From positions 2,902 to 66,901 of the forward strand of contig DATETG010000005.1 of assembly GCA_035283785.1 (NCBI GenBank): a stretch of 64,000 bases of DNA. The letters are read 5' to 3'. Shown one piece after another: positions 20,196-30,625 of this stretch (the stretch's first letter is position 1; each line of letters begins with the position of its first letter). This DNA is from Candidatus Nanoarchaeia archaeon (GTDB lineage: Archaea > Nanobdellota > Nanobdellia > Pacearchaeales > GW2011-AR1). The notes under the pieces are model-generated. The model was not told the DNA's origin and did not search any database. It saw only the letters and a program-made list of their open reading frames with translations. The position numbers and the translations under genes were made by a program.

Positions 20196-20256
20196 TAAAA
20201 ATTTAGAAGATTATCATTTAAAAGAATAATGGAAGTTAGATTCATAATTTTTAAGA

Positions 20257-21365
20257 GTTACCAAACGCCTCCCCTATAGTACCCTCTTAGTTGAGCAGGT
20301 TCTATTCCTGCGTAAACTGCTAAATCTAAAGCACCGGGATTTAGTAAAACCCTTTCATTATCTGTTCTGTTTATTCTATTCTCAACCACTCCTCTAAAAT
20401 TTTCTCTTAAAAATCTTTCCACACCATTTGAATTATTGGGAATAAAAACAAGTTCTCTATGCTCTTTTGCATCTTTTGCAGTAACCCACGATTTTGTAAC
20501 TTGCTCTTTTGATAACTCCGTGTTTACTTGAAAAACATAAGTTATGTTTCCTGTTCCAAGAAGCCAGTCTTCTGTTCTACCAATTGATCTAACAGAACTT
20601 ACACCGTTTAACCTTTCCCCTAATTCAGGGATTAATTCCCCCCTAACAAATGCTTCCTCAATGCTCTCTTTTCTTTCTTTAAGAGCATCTGAAACGCTTA
20701 GTCCTCCTGCTCCAACGGTGTGATAAGTGTTTGGATAACTTCCACCCCCCTTACACCGAAAACAATGTATCCTTTTCAGATTTATCGTCGGGAGACGTAA
20801 TGATTATTCCATCTGTACTTACTGGTTTTACAGGAATAATAAATCCTTCTCGGTTTAACTGAAGTTCAAGTGAGTGAAGTGGAACCAAATCAACATTTGT
20901 GTATTCAGTGCGGGTGTGCAATGAATCATCATACTTACTTCCAAAAACGTTTTCATACTTTTCTTCACCAGTCATAATCTCATTATACCACGGAGTTTTT
21001 GGGAGTGCGTTTAAGTCATTTAATTCATTAAAACTTCCCCCTCCAAAAAGAATGTCTGTCGCTTTTCTAAATCCTGGTTGCCCATAGAGCTTTGTTCTGA
21101 ATTCTCCTGCCACTTCTGTTTTAGGGGGTCTTGTCTTGTTGAACGGCTCTCCAACTCTATCTTGATACCAAGGTAAAATCTTTTCCACTGCTTCATCTAC
21201 AAGATTATAAACTTCATCAAGAGGTACAAAAGTCCTGTCATTGTTCAATCTTTTTGGAGAATACTCATGATGTAAATTCACAGAAATTCTCTTTATAGAA
21301 CCATCTTGAAAAGCCCTCTTAATTCTGTCTTCTTGAGTTAGTCTTTCCAATTGCATCAAATTCAA
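20257..21365 (-). pseudogene. conserved hypothetical protein (~368 aa) disrupted by a frameshift, or carrying a homopolymer sequencing error, near 20751-20776
   Basis: The Met-initiated ORF 20751..21365 (204 aa) stops at 20751-20753. A stop-free frame of ~172 codons with no Met continues from 20776 down to a TAA at 20257-20259. The join lies at a T4/G7 homopolymer context. GC-rich codon usage. Confidence 0.5.
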
Positions 21366-21438
21366 TAAAATTAACCTTTTTTAAGTTTTATGAAACCTCA
21401 TTATGTATGTTTACTACAATAACCTTAATAAATGAAAT

Positions 21439-22503
21439 TTGTTCAGAAAAATAATGAAAGTTTTGATAACTGGAGTAACGGGGTTTATCGGCGGTGAAAT
21501 CGCACACAAGCTTCTTGAGCAAGGGCATCAAGTTTTCGGAATAATACAGCACGTTGTTGGTAGAAATTTCGAATCAGTTGAAGATATTAAAGACAGGATA
21601 AACCTCATAACCTGCGACATAAGAGACTATCACGCAACAAGGAGTTCCATAAAAAAGATTGAACCTGACGTTGTTTTGCATCTCGCCGCACTTTCACCGG
21701 TAAGATTGAGTTTTGAACAACCATTTAACTATCAAGATACAAATTACCTCGGAACAATCAATATTGCGGAAGCATTAATGGATCTTTATGGGCCTAAGAA
21801 GGTGAGGCTTGTTGTTGCATCAACGGCAGAGGTCTACGGAATTCAGGAAAAGGAAGTTCCCTTCCAGGAAAATTTGGAATTAAGACCTTCAAGTCCTTAC
21901 GCTGTCAGCAAAGCAGCATTAGATATGTATGTAAGAATGCTACACATTGTTTACAATTTCAACGTAGTTATAATGAGAACATCCAATTCTTTTGGTAGAA
22001 AGTATGATCCTAGTTTTTTTACAGAATATCTAATAACAGAAATGATTAAAGGGAATGATATTTACATCGGTGCTCCAAACTCGGTAAGAGATTATATCTA
22101 TGTTGATGATCACGTGAATGGATATCTGCTTGCAATGAATTCTCAAGAAGCCAAAGGCCACGTTTTCAACATTGCCGGAGGCAAAGGTTTTACAAACAAA
22201 GAGTGGGTTTTAAAAATCGCAGAACAATTAAAATTTCCCTTGGAAAAAATTCATTTAGGAGAGTACCCTCCGCGATATCCTTATCGACCGTTGGCTTCTG
22301 ACCAACCATATCTTGTCCTGGATTCTTCAAAGGCAAAAAGAATTCTTGGATGGCAACAAACAGTTCTCCCGGAAGAAGGATTAAAAAGAACAATTGACTA
22401 CTGGAAGAGAAATCTCCACAAATCAGAAGATTTGTTAAAAAAAATAAAGGGGATTCTTGATGAATATGAAAATAGCGATGGTTTCTCCGACAAGAGAATC
22501 TGA
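21439..22503 (+). CDS. NDP-sugar 4,6-dehydratase/4-epimerase (extended SDR, RmlB/GalE-like)
   Basis: MKVLITGVTGFIGGEIAHKL Rossmann motif and YAVSKAALDMY (YxxxK) catalytic motif. The true start may be the Met at 21454. Confidence 0.8.
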   Translation: MFRKIMKVLITGVTGFIGGEIAHKLLEQGHQVFGIIQHVVGRNFESVEDIKDRINLITCDIRDYHATRSSIKKIEPDVVLHLAALSPVRLSFEQPFNYQDTNYLGTINIAEALMDLYGPKKVRLVVASTAEVYGIQEKEVPFQENLELRPSSPYAVSKAALDMYVRMLHIVYNFNVVIMRTSNSFGRKYDPSFFTEYLITEMIKGNDIYIGAPNSVRDYIYVDDHVNGYLLAMNSQEAKGHVFNIAGGKGFTNKEWVLKIAEQLKFPLEKIHLGEYPPRYPYRPLASDQPYLVLDSSKAKRILGWQQTVLPEEGLKRTIDYWKRNLHKSEDLLKKIKGILDEYENSDGFSDKRI

Positions 22504-23566
22504 AAGGGCAATATCCGGTTATTCTGTTACACTAACAGAGAATATAAAAAAAACCGAAACAGACATTGAGGATGTTTCTTATGTAGCCGGAAGTCCGATG
22601 TCTTTTCTGAAAATGATTCCAAAATTAAAAAAATATAACATCGTCCACATACAACACGAGTATAATCTCCTTGGCTATTACGGACTTCCTTTTTTCCTTG
22701 TTTATTTGATACTGGGATTTAACAAAAACAATAAAATAATAACAACCATGCATAATATCCTTTCCAAAAAAGAAAAATTCAAAGAAAACAAATTGAAGAT
22801 TTTTTTAAGAAGAGTGCTATACTTGTCTCAAAATAAACTTATAAATTGGGCCTCTGATTTGATAATTGTCCACTCTGATTTCTTTGTCCCCATCCTGACA
22901 AAGGAGTACAATATCTCAAGCAGAAAAATAATCGTAGTACCACAAGGCATTATTGAAAATGTAAAAAAAATACCTAAGGATAAGGCAAAGAAGGAATTAA
23001 AATTAAGCGGGGATGTGTATCTTGTAATAGGAAATTTAACCCCTGATTCAGGAGCAGACATCCCTCTAAAATATGCTGATAAGATCGGAAAAACTGTGTT
23101 GGTTGTTTCCAGCCCCATCCCCGTCAATGACAGAAAAAAACAGCGACTTAAGGAATATCTAAATTTTTTGGAAGGATTTGTTAAAAAGAAAAAATCCGAG
23201 AAGTACGTCCGGTTTGATATAAAACCAATAAGTGATCAAATGCCAATATGGTGGGTGTATTTTTCAGCTGCAGATTTTGTTTTGCAGGCATACCGCGGAG
23301 GAATAGGAAGCGGGATTTTCGCGCATGCCATGGCTGCGGGAACCCCGGTTGTTTCCAGTGATATTCCCTTTTTCAAGGATATAGAAAAAAGATATGGTTG
23401 TATAAAAACAGTAAAAAATGAAAAGGATTTTCCTAGAATAATTAAAGAAGCACTAAAACAAAAAAACTACAAAAAAATGAAAGGAGAGTCTGAAAGATAT
23501 TTAAAAGAAAGGGGCTTATCATCAATTGCAAAAGAGTATAAAAAAATATATTTGTCTTTGAGATAA
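22457..23566 (+). CDS. GT1-family glycosyltransferase (tentative)
   Basis: GT-B-like size and layout, with a C-terminal GIFAHAMAAGTPVVSSDIPFF segment resembling the GT1 nucleotide-sugar-binding region. Confidence 0.55.
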   Translation: MMNMKIAMVSPTRESERAISGYSVTLTENIKKTETDIEDVSYVAGSPMSFLKMIPKLKKYNIVHIQHEYNLLGYYGLPFFLVYLILGFNKNNKIITTMHNILSKKEKFKENKLKIFLRRVLYLSQNKLINWASDLIIVHSDFFVPILTKEYNISSRKIIVVPQGIIENVKKIPKDKAKKELKLSGDVYLVIGNLTPDSGADIPLKYADKIGKTVLVVSSPIPVNDRKKQRLKEYLNFLEGFVKKKKSEKYVRFDIKPISDQMPIWWVYFSAADFVLQAYRGGIGSGIFAHAMAAGTPVVSSDIPFFKDIEKRYGCIKTVKNEKDFPRIIKEALKQKNYKKMKGESERYLKERGLSSIAKEYKKIYLSLR

Positions 23567-23570
23567 CAAA

Positions 23571-24746
23571 ATGAATATTCTAATTGAAGGGGGAAACTTA
23601 AACTCCATTGCTGAAGGCACGAGAAATATTGCCCTGTCTTATGCAAAAAAATTCAAAGAAAGAGGTCACAATGTGGTCGTATTAACAAAGCAGATAGACA
23701 GAATAAGGAACAAGAGGTATGGAAAGTTTGAAATTATAGACGGAATAAAATTTTATAGATGGTTTAACTACGAGGATAAGTTATACAATTTCCTTGTGGA
23801 AAGAAATGGAAAAGTAGGAAGATTCCTTTACAAGGTGTGCAGGATAATGAGCTACTGGGGTTTTTACAGAACATATACTAAGATAACAAAAAAGGAAAAA
23901 ATTGAGGTCATGAATATATTCGTAAAGGGTTTTAGACCAAGAGTATACTTAAAATTTTTAGATATGTTCAGTAATTTTCCCATCATAATGACTCTTCTTG
24001 GAGACCCGGAATTTAATATGAGAAAGTACAATCTAAAGAAAGAATTTTCCAATCTTGATCTGATAATAATTCCGTCAAAAACAATTTACAATCATCTAAA
24101 AAAATTTGGCGTGGAGGGGACGAGGAACATTCCGTATGGAATCGATACCAAAAAATTCAAGCCCATAAAAAAAAGTAATCGCAAAATAAAGAGAATTTAT
24201 TGTTCACGATACTATAACCATCTCCCGGAAGTTCTGCGCGCATTAGAAAAGGTAAGCAAAGAAACAGAATTTGAATTAATACTTGAAAAAAAAGTGAGAG
24301 ACGATCTTAAAAAGTATGGTTTTGATGAAAAATTTTTGGGTAAAATAGCAAAAAGAGTGGAGTATATAGGATATCTAAAGGATATCAATAAATTTCTGGG
24401 AGAAGTAGATTTAGTCATAGATTTACATAACGAAGGAAAATTCCTAACCTGCGCGTCACCTCCTGCAAAAATACTTGAGGCAATGGCAACCGGAAAAGTC
24501 GTCCTGTCAACCAATGTCTCGGAGATATCTGAGTTCATTACAGATGGAAAAAACGGTTTTTTGGCAGAAAAGAACAGTTCCGAAGAAATTTACAGAAAGA
24601 TAAAGGGGGCCATGGAATCAAAAGGGGATATCGGTAGAAAGGCGAGAGAGACAATACTAAAAAACTTTGATTTAAACAAATCAGTGATCATTTATGAAAA
24701 AATTTACAAGGAATTAATAAAAAATGAAAATTCTGATAATACTTAA
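23571..24746 (+). CDS. GT1/GT4-family glycosyltransferase
   Basis: ILEAMATGKVVLSTNVSEISEFITDGKNGFL EX7E motif. Confidence 0.75.
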   Translation: MNILIEGGNLNSIAEGTRNIALSYAKKFKERGHNVVVLTKQIDRIRNKRYGKFEIIDGIKFYRWFNYEDKLYNFLVERNGKVGRFLYKVCRIMSYWGFYRTYTKITKKEKIEVMNIFVKGFRPRVYLKFLDMFSNFPIIMTLLGDPEFNMRKYNLKKEFSNLDLIIIPSKTIYNHLKKFGVEGTRNIPYGIDTKKFKPIKKSNRKIKRIYCSRYYNHLPEVLRALEKVSKETEFELILEKKVRDDLKKYGFDEKFLGKIAKRVEYIGYLKDINKFLGEVDLVIDLHNEGKFLTCASPPAKILEAMATGKVVLSTNVSEISEFITDGKNGFLAEKNSSEEIYRKIKGAMESKGDIGRKARETILKNFDLNKSVIIYEKIYKELIKNENSDNT

Positions 24747-25626
24747 AAATTTCAACCAGCGTCGCGGTCTTCCAGGAGGAGTAGGAAATGCAAACGAAGA
24801 AATTGCAAAAGAGATGGAAAAACTTGGGCACAAGGTAGACTTTTTGTCCAGGGAAGATGACATGAAAATTTATTCTCTGTGGAAATCTATATTCCCTATA
24901 AGAAAAAAAGTGAAGGAACTTATGAATAAAAATCATTATGAGGTTATATTCAGCCAAGATTGGAGTTTTGCCTTTCCTTTACTTTTCCCAAAAAGAATAT
25001 TCAAAAAAAATCACATCTGTTGTTTTTGTGGTCATCAAGAAAATTGGCTGATTTTTTTGCAAAATATTGTGGGAAAAATGATGGGAGAAAAATTAATTGT
25101 TATAGGGGATGACCTAAAGAAAAGGTTTCCAAAAGCAACATTAATCTACAGAGGTGTAAACTTCAGTAAGTTTAAGCCATTAAAGAGAAAAAGAGATTGT
25201 CTTTGTTGGACAGACAAGGGGGATGAATACAAGATGATTTCGGAAGATGAACTCGAAAAAATTGCAATTGAAAACAATTTAAAACTATCAATAGCAAAGG
25301 GAATCCCTTCCAACAAAATGAATGAATTTTACAACAAGTGTAAAGTTTTTATCAGCGTGCCCCCTCAAGCAGGATATAACAATTCCTGGAATGAATCGAT
25401 GGCGGCTGGCGTTCCGATAGTCATTGGTAACAACAAAGGAGGAGGAACAATGCTCCCATTAAACAGAATATCTAAAAATGAAGATAATGTAAAGAGGATA
25501 AATGAAATAATAAAAAACCCTAAAAAAATAAATTACAGAAAATGGCTGAGAGATAATGGATTCGCTTGGGAAAATGTTGCAAAGAAGATGATTAATTTTT
25601 TTGAAAAGGAAGTTATAACAAACTAA
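24724..25626 (+). CDS. small GT-B-like glycosyltransferase; full-length paralog of the fragment at 19049..19486
   Basis: 300 aa. The N-terminal half is homologous to 19049..19486. The C-terminal half carries a GT1-like ESMAAGVPIVIG segment. Confidence 0.5.
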   Translation: MKILIILKNFNQRRGLPGGVGNANEEIAKEMEKLGHKVDFLSREDDMKIYSLWKSIFPIRKKVKELMNKNHYEVIFSQDWSFAFPLLFPKRIFKKNHICCFCGHQENWLIFLQNIVGKMMGEKLIVIGDDLKKRFPKATLIYRGVNFSKFKPLKRKRDCLCWTDKGDEYKMISEDELEKIAIENNLKLSIAKGIPSNKMNEFYNKCKVFISVPPQAGYNNSWNESMAAGVPIVIGNNKGGGTMLPLNRISKNEDNVKRINEIIKNPKKINYRKWLRDNGFAWENVAKKMINFFEKEVITN

Positions 25627-27137
25627 TAGTTCTTCAACGTGGTTTTTAACAAGTTTAAATCTTCTTTATTAACCTCTTTTATTACGACCATCACAAAAAA
25701 GTAGGTTACAACTCCTATAATCACTTCCAAAATGCTGAAGATTGGAGCAATTTCAGTAAATAAAATTTCATAAATATACAAAACCAATGCCATAATTGCA
25801 GAGGCAATGATTGACCTCAAAAGAGGTTTATTGTCAAGTGCCATTTTAAATTGCTTCTTAACATCAGCCATAACTGCGACGAGAAGGAATGTTCTGCTTA
25901 TGACTGTGGCCAAGGCAGCCCCTATTATTGCATATTCTTGACTAAATTTTAAGAAGTATGTGATAAGAATATAATTCAAGACCACATTTAATATTAGAGA
26001 CATCACAGTTATTGTTGCCAGGATTTTGGTTCTATCTTTTGCTTTTAACAAATTTGAATAAAGTGATGATATCGGAGTTACAAAAAGTATGAGGGAGAGA
26101 GCCAATAGAACACCGACTGCATTTGAGTATTCACTTCCGTAAAAAAAACTTATTATTTCTTCTGAAACGAATAAAATTCCAACAACCGACGGGACCGAGA
26201 TTATCAATGTGTATCGCATTGATTTTGATATTGCTTTCTTCAATCTGTCTCCGTTAACCTGAGTGAATATGGGGAGGAAAATTCCTGAAATTGTAAAAAT
26301 AGCAACTAAGGAAATTATAACAGAAAAGGCCGCATGATAATAACCCACATAAGAAGTGTCTACAAACCTTCCAAGCATTAACGTATCAACAGAACCAAAC
26401 ATTATTAACGATATATTGATTATGCTCATAAATCCAAGATATTCCCATGTCTTCTTTTTGTTAAATTTAATTTTTTTCTTCGGAAAAAATCTGAATTTTT
26501 TTCTCTTCAAGATTATTATTATTGATATCAAAGAAACAAAGGAAGATGCCGCAAATGCCGCAAATATCGCAGAAACAGCCTCGACGCCAGAAAAAAGCAA
26601 CAAGGCAATAAATGAAAACAAAACCTTTGAACCGTGTAAAATTGTATAAACAAATGGGACATCTCTTAGATCATTTAATGCAAAGAACAAAATTCCAAAA
26701 AAGTTTCTCACCGCATTCACCAAGACGAAAAATATTGCAAATAAAAGGGGTATTACAATCTCCTGCTTGCCGAAAATATCATATGCAAAAAGCTTTGCAA
26801 ACAGAAATAGTCCCAATGCTCCGAAGATAATCAGAATAAACCTTACATTGAATAAATACCAAAAATAAGAAAGAGCTTCGTTTCTTTTGTTTTTTCCAAG
26901 TGATTCTGACATGTACCTAATTGCAGCCTCACCAATACCGAGATCAATAAATGAAAATACAATAACAACTATCGATAGGACAAGGGAATACACTCCAAAC
27001 AAGTCGGGCAAGAGCATTCTTGCAAGAAGTATTGTAAGAACGAAACCTCCTACCTTTGATATGAAGGTCGAAAGAGAATTGTAAAGGGTATTCTTCGCCG
27101 CTAGCAAAGACAAATTTTTCTGAATGTTAAATTTCAT
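25623..27137 (-). CDS. polysaccharide/oligosaccharide flippase (Wzx / MOP superfamily)
   Basis: 504 aa, about 12-14 predicted TM helices. N-terminal KNTLYNSLSTFISKVGGFVLTILLARML is typical of the polysacc_synt family. Confidence 0.75.
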   Translation of the reverse strand: MKFNIQKNLSLLAAKNTLYNSLSTFISKVGGFVLTILLARMLLPDLFGVYSLVLSIVVIVFSFIDLGIGEAAIRYMSESLGKNKRNEALSYFWYLFNVRFILIIFGALGLFLFAKLFAYDIFGKQEIVIPLLFAIFFVLVNAVRNFFGILFFALNDLRDVPFVYTILHGSKVLFSFIALLLFSGVEAVSAIFAAFAASSFVSLISIIIILKRKKFRFFPKKKIKFNKKKTWEYLGFMSIINISLIMFGSVDTLMLGRFVDTSYVGYYHAAFSVIISLVAIFTISGIFLPIFTQVNGDRLKKAISKSMRYTLIISVPSVVGILFVSEEIISFFYGSEYSNAVGVLLALSLILFVTPISSLYSNLLKAKDRTKILATITVMSLILNVVLNYILITYFLKFSQEYAIIGAALATVISRTFLLVAVMADVKKQFKMALDNKPLLRSIIASAIMALVLYIYEILFTEIAPIFSILEVIIGVVTYFFVMVVIKEVNKEDLNLLKTTLKNY

Positions 27138-27185
27138 GCTTCACCTACTAAACATAAAGCCAATTGGTTTAAAAGAATTGTGAAC

Positions 27186-28835
27186 TTACATTCTTAGTTT
27201 GTTCCAATTTTCACTCTTGAATAAAGAACTAAAGAAGAATTTTGCTGTAAATGTGCCGACATTTTTTATTGCCAACAACCTAAAGACATAGAAGATAACC
27301 TTTAGGTTTTTTTGTTTAATCATTGAGTAAACAGTGAATAGAAATATCTTTTGAAACACATTTGAAAAAACAGGGTAGTTCAGTTTTCCTATTTTTGTTG
27401 TTTTAACTAATGGGATTGAGATAAAAGACATGATATCACGACGGAAAAATTTGTTTTTTCTTCTTTTTAGTAGATTCTCGAAATCATGATAGTTCTCTAA
27501 AAGATATTCTCTAGAAACAGCAATCTGCTCAGGGATTATTAATCTTTCAAATTCCTCTAAATTCAATTCATTAAACGACTTAAGCATATCGACAAGAAGC
27601 AAATTCCCAAGTAGCTTGTCGAAAAAATAATAATCACAGATGCTAATCTGTTTTTTTGTAACATCCATAGCGCGAGACCGCAAATATTCCAGATATTCCA
27701 TATTTTCCGAGTCGTTAGATGAAAAACAAATGTAATCAAATCCTTCGGTAATTTTTTTAACGTAATCAAAGTTTTTTACTTCTTCTTTTTTTATCATCTT
27801 CATTTTTTTATTTGATTTTATTAACTTTGAAGAAAAAACATTCTCATTCTCCAACATTTTACCGAATAATTTTTGGTACTCCTGTGAGATGTTATGGTTT
27901 TTTATCGCTTTAGTGTAAGATTTTTCGGCAATTTTCTCTCGCGCCGTTTCATTTTTGAGGTAGTATGCAATCTTTTTTAACAATTCCTCGTTATTTTTGA
28001 ACATAACAATCTCCTCGTTATTTTTGAAGAATTTAAGATATCCTGAAAAGAAGTCGACGAGGCTAAAGGACTTGCATGCAGCAAACTCAAAAATTCTTCC
28101 TTTAAAATGCAATTTCCCATAACGGTTCTTAGAAAATGCCAAATTTATTTTACTCTGATTTACTATCTTAACAAATTTTTCTGAATCCGGAGAACCAAGA
28201 TAAACATCCCGGAATTCGGGATAATTTTCCCATCCTCTTCCGAAGATTTTCAAGTTAACTTTTTTATCCAAGAGAAATCTCACGATATCTAATCTGGGTT
28301 TGGAGGGCTGTCCAATGAAAGTTACATCATAAATCTTTTTCGTTTTTATCGGCTTAAAGATATCTGTATTTATGCTGATAGTGGGAAAAACGTTTTTTAT
28401 GCCTTCTTTCTTATATTCGGCCACATAATTTGGTTGTGCTATAAAATTACAATCTACAAATAAAGCCTGATATCTTTTTAATGTCTCGAACTCAGTATCA
28501 TCGTCGCCAACAAAAGCGATTACCTTGATCTTGGGAGATATTTTTTTTATTTCCGCCATCGTTTGTATTGTCAATTCGTCCCTCCCGACTATTAAAAAAA
28601 TATAATCAGGCATTTCTTTTTTTATTAAACTAGAGAACATCTGGTTCATTTTTTCTGAACCACGAGAAAACCTCTCTTTTCTTGGATCAAACAATATTGT
28701 TTTTCCAAATATATTTTTCAAAGGAAGATAGTAATTCTGATAAGGGGCTTCATTTTTACTAGATGCGCTCCACATTGCAAAAAGTATTTTCTGTTTTTTC
28801 AATACTCTCTCCAATTCTTCCTGTTTAATTTTCAT
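27186..28835 (-). CDS. CgeB-like glycosyltransferase domain (N-terminal ~310 aa) fused to a ~240-aa C-terminal domain of unknown function
   Basis: KIFGRGW and FKGRIFEFAACKSF motifs resemble the CgeB/Glyco_trans_1_2 family. The C-terminal region is unrecognised. Confidence 0.45.
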   Translation of the reverse strand: MKIKQEELERVLKKQKILFAMWSASSKNEAPYQNYYLPLKNIFGKTILFDPRKERFSRGSEKMNQMFSSLIKKEMPDYIFLIVGRDELTIQTMAEIKKISPKIKVIAFVGDDDTEFETLKRYQALFVDCNFIAQPNYVAEYKKEGIKNVFPTISINTDIFKPIKTKKIYDVTFIGQPSKPRLDIVRFLLDKKVNLKIFGRGWENYPEFRDVYLGSPDSEKFVKIVNQSKINLAFSKNRYGKLHFKGRIFEFAACKSFSLVDFFSGYLKFFKNNEEIVMFKNNEELLKKIAYYLKNETAREKIAEKSYTKAIKNHNISQEYQKLFGKMLENENVFSSKLIKSNKKMKMIKKEEVKNFDYVKKITEGFDYICFSSNDSENMEYLEYLRSRAMDVTKKQISICDYYFFDKLLGNLLLVDMLKSFNELNLEEFERLIIPEQIAVSREYLLENYHDFENLLKRRKNKFFRRDIMSFISIPLVKTTKIGKLNYPVFSNVFQKIFLFTVYSMIKQKNLKVIFYVFRLLAIKNVGTFTAKFFFSSLFKSENWNKLRM

Positions 28836-30102
28836 ATCCTTTTATTTTTTTAACATAAGTTCCTTTCTTTAATATTGAATAATCATCTACAATAATGTTC
28901 AATAAGAAGAGATATGGTTTCAAAAATATTCGCGGGACGCGTTTAATACTCCACCTCATTTTTGTCCTTAACCATATTCTTTTTCTGTAAAAATAGTAAA
29001 ATATCCTTCCTTTTGATTTCCAAGGATTTTTTATCAATTGAAGTTTTTGCTCTCTGGTTAATCTCAATTTTTCCAAATCTGCTTGAGGATTAATGTCAAT
29101 CTTTGATATTCTTTTTTTCCAGAACAAAGGAACCTCGTCAAGTGTAATCATCAAATCTGTTCCATCTTTTTTGTTGCGAAAAGAATAAAATCTGCTTGAA
29201 GGATTTATGTTAACCCATCCTTCTCTGTAATCATCATAACCGTATGCTATTTTTATTTTCTTTTCAAAAAATCCGGGAGGTATGAACAATGGGGGCACCA
29301 AATCCGAAGGGATAAAATAGCCGTATTTTTTCGTATGTGAGTAACCATCAAAGTGAGCCATTATCTCTTTTTTTGGAGATATTACTACCTGATTCTTAAT
29401 CTCCACGAATTTTGCAACTTCTTCTGATCTTCTTATGACCCCCCTCATTTTCTCTGAAGAGAACAAATGATTCAACAAATCTTTATGCATTATTTGTATT
29501 GAATCAAATATCCCTCCAGGAAAAGATGAAATAAGGAAACTATCTGTTTCCTTTAATACTTTAGAGTTTGGTCTTGAGAGTTCGTGAACGGGATTCAATG
29601 GTTTTGAAGCATTCAAAAATTCTGTAAAATGGCTAGGATAAATTGATAAAAAATTTCTTTCCTGTTTTTTCTTAAGTTTTTTTAATTCATTAATGCATAA
29701 TGCCAAAATTTTTTTGCTGGGTGCAATAAAGGGATGATCAACGTTGCCGGTATAAAAAACCCACTCATCTTCAAGGGAGTTTATCAACTTTAAAGATTCT
29801 AGAAATTTTTCCTGGCAATCTCCTCTTCCATAAATTAGATGTAATCTCTTCTTTGGAAATAATTTCTTTACCTCTCTCTCAAAATATTTTCTTTTCTTAG
29901 CTAGAGGATCATTGTTAATCTCGTACTTTATGACCACATCAGTCCAAGAAATTTCCGCATAACTAATTAAAGAGTACAGAGCTATGTTAATCTTGCTCGG
30001 CATTTTGTAAGGAGTTTTAGAATCTCTTATGTCTTCAAAATCCAAATAATGACCTTTTTGCCACGGCTCGTCTATTATCAAGTTATCAAAATATAATATC
30101 AT
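28825..30102 (-). CDS. hypothetical protein (425 aa) within the glycan cluster
   Basis: Long ORF, tightly packed, overlapping its neighbours by a few nt. No motif recognised. Confidence 0.3.
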   Translation of the reverse strand: MILYFDNLIIDEPWQKGHYLDFEDIRDSKTPYKMPSKINIALYSLISYAEISWTDVVIKYEINNDPLAKKRKYFEREVKKLFPKKRLHLIYGRGDCQEKFLESLKLINSLEDEWVFYTGNVDHPFIAPSKKILALCINELKKLKKKQERNFLSIYPSHFTEFLNASKPLNPVHELSRPNSKVLKETDSFLISSFPGGIFDSIQIMHKDLLNHLFSSEKMRGVIRRSEEVAKFVEIKNQVVISPKKEIMAHFDGYSHTKKYGYFIPSDLVPPLFIPPGFFEKKIKIAYGYDDYREGWVNINPSSRFYSFRNKKDGTDLMITLDEVPLFWKKRISKIDINPQADLEKLRLTREQKLQLIKNPWKSKGRIFYYFYRKRIWLRTKMRWSIKRVPRIFLKPYLFLLNIIVDDYSILKKGTYVKKIKGYEN

Positions 30103-30140
30103 GAAAAAACAGAAATATTAAGAGTTATAAGTTTTGCTGT

Positions 30141-30581
30141 TCAAGAAGATTTGTGCTCAGAAGGTATTCTCCCAGAACCTCTTCCTACGTCGTCCTCATG
30201 CCGGATTACGTCGTCAACTTCAGGGGTGGAACATTCAATTATTACAGAATCTTCCAAGGCAATAGTTCTATGTTTTTTAGGCGGGATAATCTCCCACAAT
30301 CCTCCTGCTTCAACAATTCTCTTTTCTATTTCTCCGCTGTCTTTTTCATACCACGCTTCCACCTTGCCTGCAAGAAGGTAATTTATCTCTCTTTTATTGC
30401 TATGGTGCTGGAAACTCATTCTCGTTCCTGCATTAATCTCAAGCATTTTCATAACATATCTCTTCTCAATTTCTCCTACCTCTTCTCCTGCACGATAATT
30501 CAACCATATTTCTCTACCCCATGGCTTAACTACAATTTTAGCATCATTTATGTTATACAGCCAATCTTCTTTTTCGCTCAT
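30141..30581 (-). CDS. cupin-domain protein (possible sugar isomerase/epimerase)
   Basis: WGREIWL...MSFQHHSNKREINYLLAG cupin-2-like two-His motif pattern. 146 aa. Confidence 0.5.
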   Translation of the reverse strand: MSEKEDWLYNINDAKIVVKPWGREIWLNYRAGEEVGEIEKRYVMKMLEINAGTRMSFQHHSNKREINYLLAGKVEAWYEKDSGEIEKRIVEAGGLWEIIPPKKHRTIALEDSVIIECSTPEVDDVIRHEDDVGRGSGRIPSEHKSS

Positions 30582-30625
30582 TTTATTTTTCCATTAGCCC
30601 CATATATAAGCATTTGTGTTTTTGA

